A stretch of 64,000 nt of DNA from a candidate division FCPU426 bacterium (GTDB lineage Bacteria > Oederibacteriota > PGYV01 > Palsa-1178). Shown in pieces: positions 10,195 to 20,239 of the stretch (position 1 is its first letter; each line of letters begins with the position of its first letter). The stretch lies in assembly GCA_963840035.1 (NCBI GenBank), contig CAWIXE010000001.1, positions 672,001-736,000 on the forward strand, written 5' to 3'. The notes beneath the pieces were generated by a model that was not told the DNA's origin, did no database searches, and saw only the letters and a program-made list of their open reading frames with translations. Both the position numbers and the translations under genes were made by a program.

Positions 10195-12063
10195 TTATCT
10201 GACCTCAATGTATTTAAAATCAAAGTACCGCTCCTGGGTGGAGAGGCCGTTATACTGCAGCATGTATGAAATCATCTGCATGTAATCTTTCTTGTAATTG
10301 TTGTCCATGGCTTTTACCTGGAAGGTGAGTGTCTTTATCTCGCCCGGAGCCAGGTAGAACTTGTGCACTATGTCGCCGAACATTTCCAGGTTGGAAACCT
10401 TTAGCAGTTTTACGTAATAATCCATGGTAATCTGGCCTGTATTTTTTACGTTTATGTCTATGGTAAATACTTCGCCGCGTTTTACCTTATCCGGAAGCTC
10501 CCATTTGGCTTCGAAAGGGAAGATGCCGTTTTTTGCGCGCACATAAGAAAAAGAAGCTGCTCCGGCGACGGCCCACTCAAGCGATGAATATGGGCCTTTG
10601 GAACCCTTAAAGGCGCGCGTCAGGTCGTGCCAGAAAAGGCCTATGTTAGGGTTAACCGGCATAAGTTCGTCGACTAACATCTGCTGCCTGATGTAATGCT
10701 CCTCCGGGCCCGAAGGCCTGTAGGTCCTGCCGAGCAGGTTCCAGTCAACGCACTGGCCAGCGCAGAGGTTTGTCTGGCCTTTTTCCAGATATTCGCGCCA
10801 GCTGGTTAACATGCTGGGATATGTGTCGTGGTCTATGGAGTAGAACATGCCGGCGTTTATGTCAACGCCCGCGTCTATGAACATCAGAGGGTCCTGGCCG
10901 TGTTCCTTGCCCTGGCGCCATGTAAGCGAAAAGACCCAGAGCGGCTTTGTGATGCCGGCCGCCGCTTTTATCTTTGCGAGCACCGTGGCTATGGAATGGG
11001 CGCGCCACCAGTCCCACATTTCTATGAAGCGGCTGTTCTTTTCCACCTCAATCTTATGGCCCATCCAGATCATCCTGTCTTCCTCAGTCATGTCTTTCCA
11101 GTCGCGCGGCACGTCCAGAAGAGGCATGTCCTCCACAAACTGGTCAGTGTACTCAAGTCCGCCGAAGTCGGTGCGCATATAATCCAGGCCGATATAATCC
11201 ACTGCCGGGTTTTCCTGGAATGATTTCATAAGGTCTATCATGTCAGCATGGCGTTTTTCATCAAGTATGGAAACGTAAATAAGGGGGCGCAGCGTGTTGT
11301 CAGTGGGGTCATAAGCGATGGTCTGCTTGTAAGGGGAAAGGTCTTTCCTGTTTCCCAGGACAACAAAGCTTGTTATCCACGCGCCGTATTTTAGTCCGTA
11401 CTTATGCAGGTCGTTTCCGAGGTCTGTGACCTGTTTTAAGGCAACTTTATCCCAGGGAAAGTCGTCAGGTTTCCAGGTGTTCCAGATTTGTGACTGGCCC
11501 ACGCAGTGCCAGAGCGCGTCAGCGCCCATGAACTTTGCCCAGAGCACGTAATTTTCCCATATCTTAACGGCTTTGCCGCCTATTCCGGGGACCCTTGTGA
11601 TTATGGAGTCGCCCGGCTCTATGTTCATAACACAGAGGGCTTTCTGCATTTTTAGCGGGGTGCGTTTCGTGACATCGAAATTAATGTTTCCGGCGAATTT
11701 TTTTGCGCCGGACCTGAACATGACAACGGCTTTATAAGTGCCGAGTTTTGGCCCCCAGGGAATAGGCCATTTGCCGACCCACTTTTTGCCGGCCGGGTCG
11801 TATCTGAAAATAATTTCCTCGGTATTTCCGACAGTTTTAACAGGCTTGTTATCATAAAATATCCTCGCGGAGCAGAGCGCTTCCTGGCGTGTTTTTTCGG
11901 CTCCGCCGTTTAAGTCAAGCAGCGGCCCGACATACTCGCAGGTCATTTCCACCAGCTCGTAACGCAGGTATGACGGTTTGGAGGCTTTTATCTTGATCCC
12001 TTCGGCGTAAACGCTTGAAATAAAAAGGGAAAAGAGTATAATAATTAAAATTGATTTCTTCAT
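10195..12063 (-). CDS. Secreted hypothetical protein, possible glycoside-hydrolase-like TIM barrel with Ig-like terminal domains
   Basis: Signal peptide; 'YIGLDYMR' resembles GHL10-type motifs; abuts lepA start. Confidence 0.6.
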   Translation of the reverse strand: MKKSILIIILFSLFISSVYAEGIKIKASKPSYLRYELVEMTCEYVGPLLDLNGGAEKTRQEALCSARIFYDNKPVKTVGNTEEIIFRYDPAGKKWVGKWPIPWGPKLGTYKAVVMFRSGAKKFAGNINFDVTKRTPLKMQKALCVMNIEPGDSIITRVPGIGGKAVKIWENYVLWAKFMGADALWHCVGQSQIWNTWKPDDFPWDKVALKQVTDLGNDLHKYGLKYGAWITSFVVLGNRKDLSPYKQTIAYDPTDNTLRPLIYVSILDEKRHADMIDLMKSFQENPAVDYIGLDYMRTDFGGLEYTDQFVEDMPLLDVPRDWKDMTEEDRMIWMGHKIEVEKNSRFIEMWDWWRAHSIATVLAKIKAAAGITKPLWVFSLTWRQGKEHGQDPLMFIDAGVDINAGMFYSIDHDTYPSMLTSWREYLEKGQTNLCAGQCVDWNLLGRTYRPSGPEEHYIRQQMLVDELMPVNPNIGLFWHDLTRAFKGSKGPYSSLEWAVAGAASFSYVRAKNGIFPFEAKWELPDKVKRGEVFTIDINVKNTGQITMDYYVKLLKVSNLEMFGDIVHKFYLAPGEIKTLTFQVKAMDNNYKKDYMQMISYMLQYNGLSTQERYFDFKYIEVR

Positions 12064-12188
12064 ACCGCTCCTTTATGCGTATATAATAATGAAGATGCAA
12101 AATATGATTATAAGGATATTTGCCAAAAATACAAGAGAAAAGTGAATATAAACTTGAAACTTAAAGCTGAAAACTGAAAGCGGGAACA

Positions 12189-12830
12189 ATGAACCATGAA
12201 CAGGCAATAAAAACAGGCAGTCTGAAGGTCAATGAAATCTTCTATGACATAGAGGGAGAAGGCAAATATCAGGGTTATCCCACCCTGTTTATCCGCCTGA
12301 CCGGATGCAACCTGCGCTGTTCCTGGTGCGATACGAAATACTCTTATTTTAAGGGGAAGATGACTGATATTGACGGCATATTGAAAAAGGCAAAAAAGAG
12401 CCCGTATATGAATATAAATATTACAGGCGGCGAGCCGCTTTGCTTTAAAAAAGAGCTTATAGAACTGATAAAAGGGATAAAAAAAATAAGGCCTGATATT
12501 ACCGTGTCAGTGGAGACCAATGGTTCACTTGATATCTCAGGCGTTCCGGCTGATAACATAAGCATGGATTTAAAGCTGCCGTCGTCAGGGGAGCACGATA
12601 AGATGATGTTTTCGAACCTGAATATCTTAAAACCCAAAGACCAGTTAAAACTTGTCATAGGATCGCGGAAAGACCTCGCATGGGCGAGAAAAACACTCGC
12701 GGGATATAAAGTCAAATGCGTCATATTTGCCCAGCCCGTATACGGGAAGTTTAAAACCGCTGACATAGGCAGGTTTGTGATGAAGAATAATTTAAAGTGG
12801 AAGGTAAGTGTACAGCTGCATAAACTTTAA
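12189..12830 (+). CDS. queE: 7-carboxy-7-deazaguanine synthase QueE (radical SAM)
   Basis: EIFYDIEGEG, FIRLTGCNLRCSWCDT, TGGEP, VETNG, SVQLHK. Confidence 0.88.
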   Translation: MNHEQAIKTGSLKVNEIFYDIEGEGKYQGYPTLFIRLTGCNLRCSWCDTKYSYFKGKMTDIDGILKKAKKSPYMNINITGGEPLCFKKELIELIKGIKKIRPDITVSVETNGSLDISGVPADNISMDLKLPSSGEHDKMMFSNLNILKPKDQLKLVIGSRKDLAWARKTLAGYKVKCVIFAQPVYGKFKTADIGRFVMKNNLKWKVSVQLHKL

Positions 12831-12848
12831 TTTACAATTACGTTCGAG

Positions 12849-13027
12849 TGCATTATTAAGAAGGTTTGTTTACAGTTTGTCATTGCGAGGAGCCGGTGTT
12901 GGTTTATGGCGACGAAGCAATCTCGTTTTTCCATTACTGAACAGCGAGATTGCTTCGTCGGCAAAGACAAAAACGCCTCCTCGCAATGACGGACTAAAGG
13001 CTGTAAGCAGAACATATTAGCAGTACA
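12849..13027. mobile_element. MITE copy 2 (inverted relative to 1000-1179)
   Basis: Reverse complement aligns to copy 1 over its full length; flanks gttcgag / gttggat are a degenerate 7-bp repeat. Confidence 0.7.
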
Positions 13028-13070
13028 GTTGGATTTAATAGTAAATAGCAAATTTCCGCAAGGGGTGATC

Positions 13071-15707
13071 ATGAAAAAAATATTGTTAATACTTCTAACC
13101 TTATTATTTTCGCAGGTTTTAACAGCCTACTTCGACTGGCAGTGCGTAAAGACGGATCAGTTCACGGTTTTCTACGGCCCGGGGTTTGAGGAGCGGGCGA
13201 GATACCTTTTGGCCACGCTGGAAAATAACAAACAAATACCCGAGCGCATTACCGGCAACAGGCTCGCGTGGGTACCGGTACTTTTGGAGGACGCGGGCGA
13301 ATACAATCAGGGTTATGCCGACCCGGCATATTTCAGGATGTCGGTCTTTAATTACGAATACAACGAACCATGGTTCAGGATGGTGGGGATACACGAATAC
13401 ACGCACATGCTGCAGATGACGGAAACGCGCGGCATACCAACTGCCTTTACATTCCTTTTCGGCTCCATAATGTCGCCGAATATTTTCATGCCCCTGTGGG
13501 TGCACGAGGGGATAACCACTTATGACGAGTCGCAGGCCTCGCAATACACGGGCCGGCTGAACACGGGCGGGTTTGACGCGTATATGGGGGCGTGCGTTTC
13601 CGAAAATAAAATGCCGTCCATAATGAAAGCCACATACGACCCCATGGAAGCGCCTTACGGGCAGACGCCTTACCTTTTCGGCGGCGAGTTCACGCAGTAT
13701 CTGTCTAAAACATACGGCGAAGAAAAACTTAAGGAATTATACGCGGACATAGGCGGAAATGTATTCATGTACCTTTCCCCTGTTTTTCCGTTTTTGGGCA
13801 TGGACCAGTCATACAGGAACATACTCGGGAAAAGAACTGACGAACTCTGGCAGGATTTTCTTGAAGGGGAAAAAATAAGGTTTAAGGATTTTAAGATGGA
13901 CGGGGAAAGGCTTACAAACAGGGGTTATTACACAAACAGCCTTGTCCTGTCAGGGGAAAAACTTTACTACAGCAGCACGACCCTGGAAAAAACCGGTCCT
14001 TACAGCCTGTGGGTCATAAACAGGATAGTGGAAAGGGATATTAAAACAGGGAATGAAAAAGAAATTGTGCTGCGCACAGGACAGGTCTTAAAAGCCATGA
14101 AGACATACGGCGGAAAGCTGTATTACACGGTGCATGAAATAAAACCGGGATACGCGAACACTTTTAACGGAAGTTTTGGCTACTATTCCGTGGTATATGA
14201 GCGCGATATCGCCTCCGGCGATGAAAGGGAAATAGCCAGGGGAGAGATGAACGCTTTCTGCGTAATAAACGGAAAACTTTTATACAGCGTTAACAAACCT
14301 TACACTTACGGTTCTGAAATATATTTAAAAGACCTGGATACGATGAAGGCCGTAAAGCTTCCGGACATTGACCGGGTTATTTTCGATTTTGCCGTGACAG
14401 ACGACGACGAAGGCGTATATGTCTCCGCAAAAAAAGAGGAGGAGAATTTAAGCCTCTTTTACTTTGAATATAAAAAAGGATATTTTACAGCGGTGGCTGA
14501 CACGCCATGGAGCGAGGAAAAACCCGCCATATACGGGGACAGGCTTTTTTACTCGGCTGACTACGGCAAAGCTGTCAAAAATTACTGCTATGACCTGAAG
14601 GCAAAAACATTTTATGCGCTCACCGGCAGCGGCTTCGCGCAGGAGGCGGCATATGACGCGGCCTCAGGCGATATTTATTTCATCGGAATCAACACGGACG
14701 GCTTTGACCTTTATAGAAAAAAAGCTGATTTTAAAAAATTCGCACTTCCGGCGGATAAGGCGGACGATTATGTAAATAGGCCCCTTGACCCGGCTTCAGT
14801 GTCTAAGGGCTCATACCTGGACAACCTGGCGACGTTGTGGCCAAAAATAAGGGTGCCTTTTATTTACGTGGATGACAATTCAAATACAATGGCGGGATTT
14901 ACTCTGATGGGTTCGGACGCTATGGGAGACCTGACATACACGGCGGAATTTTCATATAACCTCGCAAAGAAAACAGTGGGAGAAACCATCCTGCTTACCG
15001 CGGGTTTCTTAAACCCGTTAAGGCTGGAAGCGCAGTTTAACAACACTTTAGACAGGGATGCGCGCATCGGCGTCGCATATCCGCTTTATACCTCGGTTAT
15101 TGGCGGGCTCTCAAACATAACCATTGGCGCCCAATACAGGCGTTTTGAAGACCTTACAAAAAACGGATATAATCTTAACCTGAAAGTGGATTCGAAATGG
15201 CCTTTGACGCAGTTGTACCTGGTTGGGGTGGCGGAAGCCAGGCCGGAAAACGATATTGATTTTATTACCTCAAAAAGGGTCTTTGGCTACACAATCGCCA
15301 GGTTAGTGCAGCATTTCCCTTATTCAAACCTTATCATCGACGCTGTACGCGGATTCTCCGGGAAGCCGGGGGCTGGTTTTGTTTTTAAGGCAAGGGGTTA
15401 TGATGACGGGCCATATGACCATAACATGACCGCGTTAAACGCGCAGATAACAGCGCCGCTTTTGAAGCTGCGCTTCGGGCTGTGGAACCCGAATATATAT
15501 TTTGAGGACATTTGTGTGAACCTTTTCTGTGATTCTGTTTTTACAGGCGGTGAAACGCAGCTCTCAGGAGGCGGAGGGCTCCAGCTTGAGACAAAACTGC
15601 TGTTCATAGCGAGCACAACCATAGGCGTTGAAGCCGTGCACACAAAAGAAAAGGGCGCGGAATGGATAATCACATACAACCTCGGGTTCGTGTCGTTCGG
15701 GTTTTAA
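13071..15707 (+). CDS. Secreted/outer-membrane protein: HExxH peptidase-like domain + beta-propeller + C-terminal beta-barrel-like region
   Basis: Signal peptide from ATG 13071; HEYTH..PLWVHEG; TolB-like repeats; C-terminal Phe. Confidence 0.7.
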   Translation: MKKILLILLTLLFSQVLTAYFDWQCVKTDQFTVFYGPGFEERARYLLATLENNKQIPERITGNRLAWVPVLLEDAGEYNQGYADPAYFRMSVFNYEYNEPWFRMVGIHEYTHMLQMTETRGIPTAFTFLFGSIMSPNIFMPLWVHEGITTYDESQASQYTGRLNTGGFDAYMGACVSENKMPSIMKATYDPMEAPYGQTPYLFGGEFTQYLSKTYGEEKLKELYADIGGNVFMYLSPVFPFLGMDQSYRNILGKRTDELWQDFLEGEKIRFKDFKMDGERLTNRGYYTNSLVLSGEKLYYSSTTLEKTGPYSLWVINRIVERDIKTGNEKEIVLRTGQVLKAMKTYGGKLYYTVHEIKPGYANTFNGSFGYYSVVYERDIASGDEREIARGEMNAFCVINGKLLYSVNKPYTYGSEIYLKDLDTMKAVKLPDIDRVIFDFAVTDDDEGVYVSAKKEEENLSLFYFEYKKGYFTAVADTPWSEEKPAIYGDRLFYSADYGKAVKNYCYDLKAKTFYALTGSGFAQEAAYDAASGDIYFIGINTDGFDLYRKKADFKKFALPADKADDYVNRPLDPASVSKGSYLDNLATLWPKIRVPFIYVDDNSNTMAGFTLMGSDAMGDLTYTAEFSYNLAKKTVGETILLTAGFLNPLRLEAQFNNTLDRDARIGVAYPLYTSVIGGLSNITIGAQYRRFEDLTKNGYNLNLKVDSKWPLTQLYLVGVAEARPENDIDFITSKRVFGYTIARLVQHFPYSNLIIDAVRGFSGKPGAGFVFKARGYDDGPYDHNMTALNAQITAPLLKLRFGLWNPNIYFEDICVNLFCDSVFTGGETQLSGGGGLQLETKLLFIASTTIGVEAVHTKEKGAEWIITYNLGFVSFGF

Positions 15708-15792
15708 GGCGTTTTTTTGGTGCATACAGGAGTGTTTTGTTTTATAATAATCAGGTTAAGGGTGTTGGTTAAAAAATGAAAAACAGATTTTT

Positions 15793-15871
15793 GTAGAGAC
15801 GCAGCTTGCTGCGTCTCAGACGTTGGGTTTAAAACAAGGCAAATGCGAGACACAGCAAGCTGTGTCTCTAC
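15793..15871. repeat. Paired GTAG REPs (REPIN)
   Basis: GTAGagacgcagcttgctgcgtctc ... gagacacagcaagctgtgtctCTAC. Confidence 0.75.
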
Positions 15872-15893
15872 GAATACAAAAAAGGGCGGATTG

Positions 15894-17105
15894 ATGAAAA
15901 AGTTATTATTTGTTTTTTTAGCGTTCCTTTCAGCCGGTATTTTATACGCGGAGAACATGTCCACGTCCACTTACCTGCTTACCGGATCGTATCCGGCATC
16001 AGCGGCTAAGGGCGCGGCTTGCGGCGCTTCCAGCGGAGGGGCTCTTGCCTCGGATTTAAACCCGGCGCTTATCGCTTCCGCGGATTATTTCTCATATTCC
16101 GCCATGCACGCAGTGCTTCCCGGTATGATGGCCTTAGAAAGGCTCACTGTGGCAAAATCCTTTGATTTCGGCGCAATCGGCGCCGACATTTCATATTATA
16201 ATTTCGGGGACACGCGCAGGGTCGGGCTTGATATTAATTTAGGCCCGGTTTTTACATCGGATGTCATTTCCTCGCGCGCTTTTGCCGGAGCTGTAACCTA
16301 CGGCAAAAAATTTGAGAACATAAGTTTCGGTATCGCCTTAAAATACATAGTCGAAAACATAGGTGAATCCCAGTGGTCCATGCCCGCGGCTGACGCCGGA
16401 ATAATTTTTGAAGGCCTCGGCGCTGAAAACATGGACGCGGGAATAAGCGTCCTTAACTTAAGCGCCGAAGATGCCGATTATGCCCTGCCGCTTACTATAA
16501 AAGGCGCGCTTACATATAACTTCAGGTCGCGCGTGGCCGAGAATATGAAACTTACCGCGGGCGCGGATTACCTTGTGCGGGATAACGCTTTAAAGGCCGG
16601 GGCGGGATTTGATTATTTTGTGACCGAGGAGATAACGCTGCGCGGCGGAGTCACGGCGGGGCAGAACCAGCCCATAAGGTTTACGGCCGGGTTCGGCGCG
16701 AAAGCCCTGGGAGTATCGCTTGATTACGCGTATGTGCCTGACGCGGCAATTGGCGACACGCATAAGGTATCGGTATCCGGTTCGTTTGGAAAACCTGATG
16801 AAGACGTGGAAAAACCAGCCGGCAAGGCCGGAGAGTCATACGAAGGTTACAAAAAATCAGGGGATTATTATTATGAAAACAAGCAGTACCGGCAGGCGCT
16901 GAAATATTACGAATATTTGAACCTGCTCTACTGGAAAGAGATAGAGGACATGCCCGAGAGGGAGAAGTCGTCATTCTTCCAAAAGCTTGGCATATGCTAT
17001 TACAACATAAGGGACAATAAAAGGGCGCTGCAGTATTTTGACAGGGCCGTGTATTTTGAAAAGGATAATGAGATATTAAAGCACTGGATAAAACTGCTGA
17101 AGTAA
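15894..17105 (+). CDS. PorV/PorQ-like beta-barrel protein with C-terminal TPR
   Basis: Signal peptide; A..GA..NPA, DAGI, FTAGFG..DYAYVP..GDTHKVS pattern; TPR tail. Confidence 0.7.
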   Translation: MKKLLFVFLAFLSAGILYAENMSTSTYLLTGSYPASAAKGAACGASSGGALASDLNPALIASADYFSYSAMHAVLPGMMALERLTVAKSFDFGAIGADISYYNFGDTRRVGLDINLGPVFTSDVISSRAFAGAVTYGKKFENISFGIALKYIVENIGESQWSMPAADAGIIFEGLGAENMDAGISVLNLSAEDADYALPLTIKGALTYNFRSRVAENMKLTAGADYLVRDNALKAGAGFDYFVTEEITLRGGVTAGQNQPIRFTAGFGAKALGVSLDYAYVPDAAIGDTHKVSVSGSFGKPDEDVEKPAGKAGESYEGYKKSGDYYYENKQYRQALKYYEYLNLLYWKEIEDMPEREKSSFFQKLGICYYNIRDNKRALQYFDRAVYFEKDNEILKHWIKLLK

Positions 17106-17220
17106 TTTTATATTTTAAATTTTAGATTTAAGGTATTCCATGGCACTATTATAATAGAGCCGCGGAGCACCTTAAATCTAAAATCTGCAATCTAAAATAT
17201 AAAATAAACCAGGGAGCATC

Positions 17221-17910
17221 ATGAAAAGAGCAGTACTTGTTTTAACAGCGTTTTTAGCCGCGGGGCTTTTGTTTGCGGCGCCTACAGAGACTTTTACCGA
17301 GACGGTTACAGAGACCATAACACTTACTGTTACGGATACTTCGACCGCCACAGTCACGGAAACCGCGACGGCTACGGGAACTTATTCCGTTACGCAAAGC
17401 ACCACGGAAACTGTCACTGGCACGGCTACGCAGACTCTTACAGAAACTTTTACCTCCACCATGACTGCGACTGAGACATTTACGGTTACATCCACAAGAA
17501 CATACACTTTCACAACCACGGTCACGGCGTCAAGTACATCAACACCGAGCATAACACCGACATTTACAATGACTGCTACGGTAACCGTCACTCTTACGCC
17601 AGTGCCGTCAGCCACAATCCAGGCGGCATATTATGAAAATTACAATTCAACCATATATCCGGACCCTGTAAAAACAGGGGAGTATGTTTACATGCTTTAT
17701 AACCTGCAGGGAAGCGCGGACATAAAGATTATAATTTACACCATGGACGGCCGGAGCGCGCGCGAGGTAAAAACTTCAGGTTCAGGAAAAGGCATGGCGC
17801 GTATCGCTACTTCAGGGCTCGCGCCGGGCATCTATTTTTATACCGTGACATATAAATATGCCACGAAGGAAGACAAACACGCGGCTAAAAAGTTTATTAT
17901 ATCCAGGTAA
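17221..17910 (+). CDS. Thr-rich secreted protein with T9SS type A-like C-terminal domain
   Basis: Signal peptide, ~105-aa (T-x)n tract, IYPDPV..IYTMDG..LAPGIYFY..KKFII. Confidence 0.75.
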   Translation: MKRAVLVLTAFLAAGLLFAAPTETFTETVTETITLTVTDTSTATVTETATATGTYSVTQSTTETVTGTATQTLTETFTSTMTATETFTVTSTRTYTFTTTVTASSTSTPSITPTFTMTATVTVTLTPVPSATIQAAYYENYNSTIYPDPVKTGEYVYMLYNLQGSADIKIIIYTMDGRSAREVKTSGSGKGMARIATSGLAPGIYFYTVTYKYATKEDKHAAKKFIISR

Positions 17911-17922
17911 AGGGGATAAAAC

Positions 17923-18129
17923 ATGGCGGATGAAAAAGACTGCAACAAGAACAGATGGCAGGGCAATAACGCGGGCGGCGGGGCCGTGTACGGCTTGGGT
18001 TTTATCGGAGCGCTGATTTATTTTATACAGCACGCGACATCGTTCTGGGGCGGGGTTTTAGGCGTTTTAAAAGCGATGATCTGGCCGGTTCTGGCGGTTT
18101 ATAAATTGCTGGAATTCCTTAAGTTTTAA
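17923..18129 (+). CDS. Small membrane protein
   Basis: GGAVYGLGFIGALIYF..KAMIWP; purine-rich RBS. Confidence 0.75.
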   Translation: MADEKDCNKNRWQGNNAGGGAVYGLGFIGALIYFIQHATSFWGGVLGVLKAMIWPVLAVYKLLEFLKF

Positions 18130-18315
18130 TTGCGCTGATTTCCACAATGAGGAAGAGTTTAAGAGACAAGAGATAGGAGACTGGAGTAAGGAAAACCCGG
18201 TTTTTGGCCTGTTTTTGTCTTTAATCTCCAGTCTCCTGTCTCAAATAAGAAATAACGTTGATAACATCCTTTTTATGTTATAATATATTCAGTATTATAG
18301 TGCTGCATCGCACAG

Positions 18316-18341
18316 ACCCCGGCCATTTGCCGGGTTTTTTT
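18316..18341 (+). terminator. Terminator-like hairpin in the ABC-F leader (possible attenuator)
   Basis: cccggc-cattt-gccggg-T7, 25 nt before the ATG and downstream of a TTGATA/TATAAT-like promoter. Confidence 0.55.
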
Positions 18342-18366
18342 CATACATGAAAAGGACGGAGAAAAC

Positions 18367-20178
18367 ATGCTTCAGGTAAACGAACTTTCGCTTTCATTCG
18401 GCGAAGATGAGATCTTAAATAACATAAGCTTTAACATACACGGCGGCGAGCGCATAGGGCTGGTTGGAAGGAACGGTTCCGGCAAAACCACCATTTTCAA
18501 GCTTTTAACCGGCGAGATGACTCCCGACAGCGGCCGCATCATAATCCCAAGGCATTACACCATAGGTTATTTAAAGCAGCACCTTAAATTCAACGAACCG
18601 ACACTCATACAGGAAGCTTGCCTCGGTTTAAAACAGGAAGAACGCAGCCAGATATGGAAAGCCGAAAAAATGCTCGGCGGACTCGGATTCTCGGATGAGG
18701 ATATGTACAAGTCGCCGGCCGAGTTTTCAGGCGGATTCCAGGTGCGCTTAAACCTGGCAAAGGTACTGCTAGCCGAACCGCACCTTCTGCTTCTTGACGA
18801 ACCTACAAATTATCTCGACATCATATCCATCCGCTGGCTGACAAAGTTCCTTCAGCAGAGGGAAAACGAGCTTATGATCATAACCCACGACAGGGACTTC
18901 ATGAACGCGGTCACCACGCATACCATGGGCATATACAGGAAGGGCATAAAAAAGATAGAAGGCCCGACGGATAAACTTTTCTCGCAGATATCCGTGGAAG
19001 ACGAGGTATATGAAAAGACCAGGGTAAAGGACGACAAAAAAAGGGAAGAAGTGGAAAAATTTATAGCGCGTTTCAGGGCGCAGGCAAGCAAGGCCAGCCT
19101 GGTGCAGTCCAAGGTAAAGGCCCTGGAAAAAATGGGGAAGAAGGAAGAAATCGGGAAAGAGGCGTCGCTGGGGTTCAGGTTTAATTACAAGGAATTCCAG
19201 GCAAAGCTGGCCATGCGTGTGGAGCACATATCATTCGGATACACGCCGGAGCGGACGCTGATTAAAGACCTTACATTTGAAATAGGAAAAGACGACCGCA
19301 TCTGCGTCATAGGAAAAAACGGAAAAGGAAAATCAACGCTGTTAAAGCTTCTGGCCAATGAGATGGAACCTAATTCAGGCGTCATAACCCCGCATCCGGT
19401 GTGTTCCATAGGATATTTCGGCCAGACAAATATAGAAAGGCTTAACCAGAAAAATACCGTCGAGCAGGAACTCTGGGCAGTAAAGCCGGACATGGCGTAT
19501 ACCAACGTCAGGGGAGTGGCCGGAGCCATGATGTTCTCAGGGGACGCGGCGCTTAAGGAAATATCGGTATTATCAGGAGGGGAAAAATCAAGGGTGTCGC
19601 TTGGAAAGATTCTCATACACCCGGCAAACCTGCTTTTGCTCGACGAACCCACAAACCACCTGGACATAGAGTCGTGCGACTCAATGATAGACGCGCTGGA
19701 TAAATTTCCAGGAGCTGTAGTAATCGTGACCCACAGTGAAATGTTTTTGCACCACCTGGCCACAAGGCTCATAGTTTTTGACGAGGACAAGGTGACGGTA
19801 TTTGACGGCACATACCAGGACTTTTTAGACAGGATAGGCTGGGAAGAGGAAACACGCAAACCGAAAAAAGAACGCGCAGCCATACTCGCGCCCGCGGAAC
19901 AGCAGGGCGAGAACGCGGATACCCCGAAAAAGAAGAAAAAAAGGCTCGCGGTGCGCATCGCGGCCATAGAAAAAATGATTGACGAGGCAGAGGCCGCCTT
20001 TGAGGAAGTAAACCACAAGCTCGTGGAGGCGTATTCAAAGCCAAGGGCCACCGGCATACAGGAACTGGAAATACAAAGCCATAAATACCAGACGGCAATA
20101 GACGACGGCTACGCGGAATTAGACGGCCTTATAGCCGAGATGGATATACTTGAGAAGGAAGAAAAAAAGGAAGATTGA
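18367..20178 (+). CDS. ABC-F family ATPase
   Basis: Two NBDs (GRNGSGKT, GKNGKGKST; LLDEPTN twice), no TM, coiled-coil tail. Confidence 0.93.
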   Translation: MLQVNELSLSFGEDEILNNISFNIHGGERIGLVGRNGSGKTTIFKLLTGEMTPDSGRIIIPRHYTIGYLKQHLKFNEPTLIQEACLGLKQEERSQIWKAEKMLGGLGFSDEDMYKSPAEFSGGFQVRLNLAKVLLAEPHLLLLDEPTNYLDIISIRWLTKFLQQRENELMIITHDRDFMNAVTTHTMGIYRKGIKKIEGPTDKLFSQISVEDEVYEKTRVKDDKKREEVEKFIARFRAQASKASLVQSKVKALEKMGKKEEIGKEASLGFRFNYKEFQAKLAMRVEHISFGYTPERTLIKDLTFEIGKDDRICVIGKNGKGKSTLLKLLANEMEPNSGVITPHPVCSIGYFGQTNIERLNQKNTVEQELWAVKPDMAYTNVRGVAGAMMFSGDAALKEISVLSGGEKSRVSLGKILIHPANLLLLDEPTNHLDIESCDSMIDALDKFPGAVVIVTHSEMFLHHLATRLIVFDEDKVTVFDGTYQDFLDRIGWEEETRKPKKERAAILAPAEQQGENADTPKKKKKRLAVRIAAIEKMIDEAEAAFEEVNHKLVEAYSKPRATGIQELEIQSHKYQTAIDDGYAELDGLIAEMDILEKEEKKED

Positions 20179-20239
20179 CGATTGTCAATCTTCGTAATTT
20201 TGTATTTTTAATCCAAAATTTAGAATCCAGAATCTAGAA

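Noticed and set aside
12808..13072. Short ORFs on both strands
   Set aside because: Coincide with the MITE palindrome.
19185..20057. 290-aa minus-strand ORF (and similar antisense ORFs under dnaJ, lepA, guaA, malectin and GH genes)
   Set aside because: Antisense shadows of well-supported genes, with no recognisable motifs.
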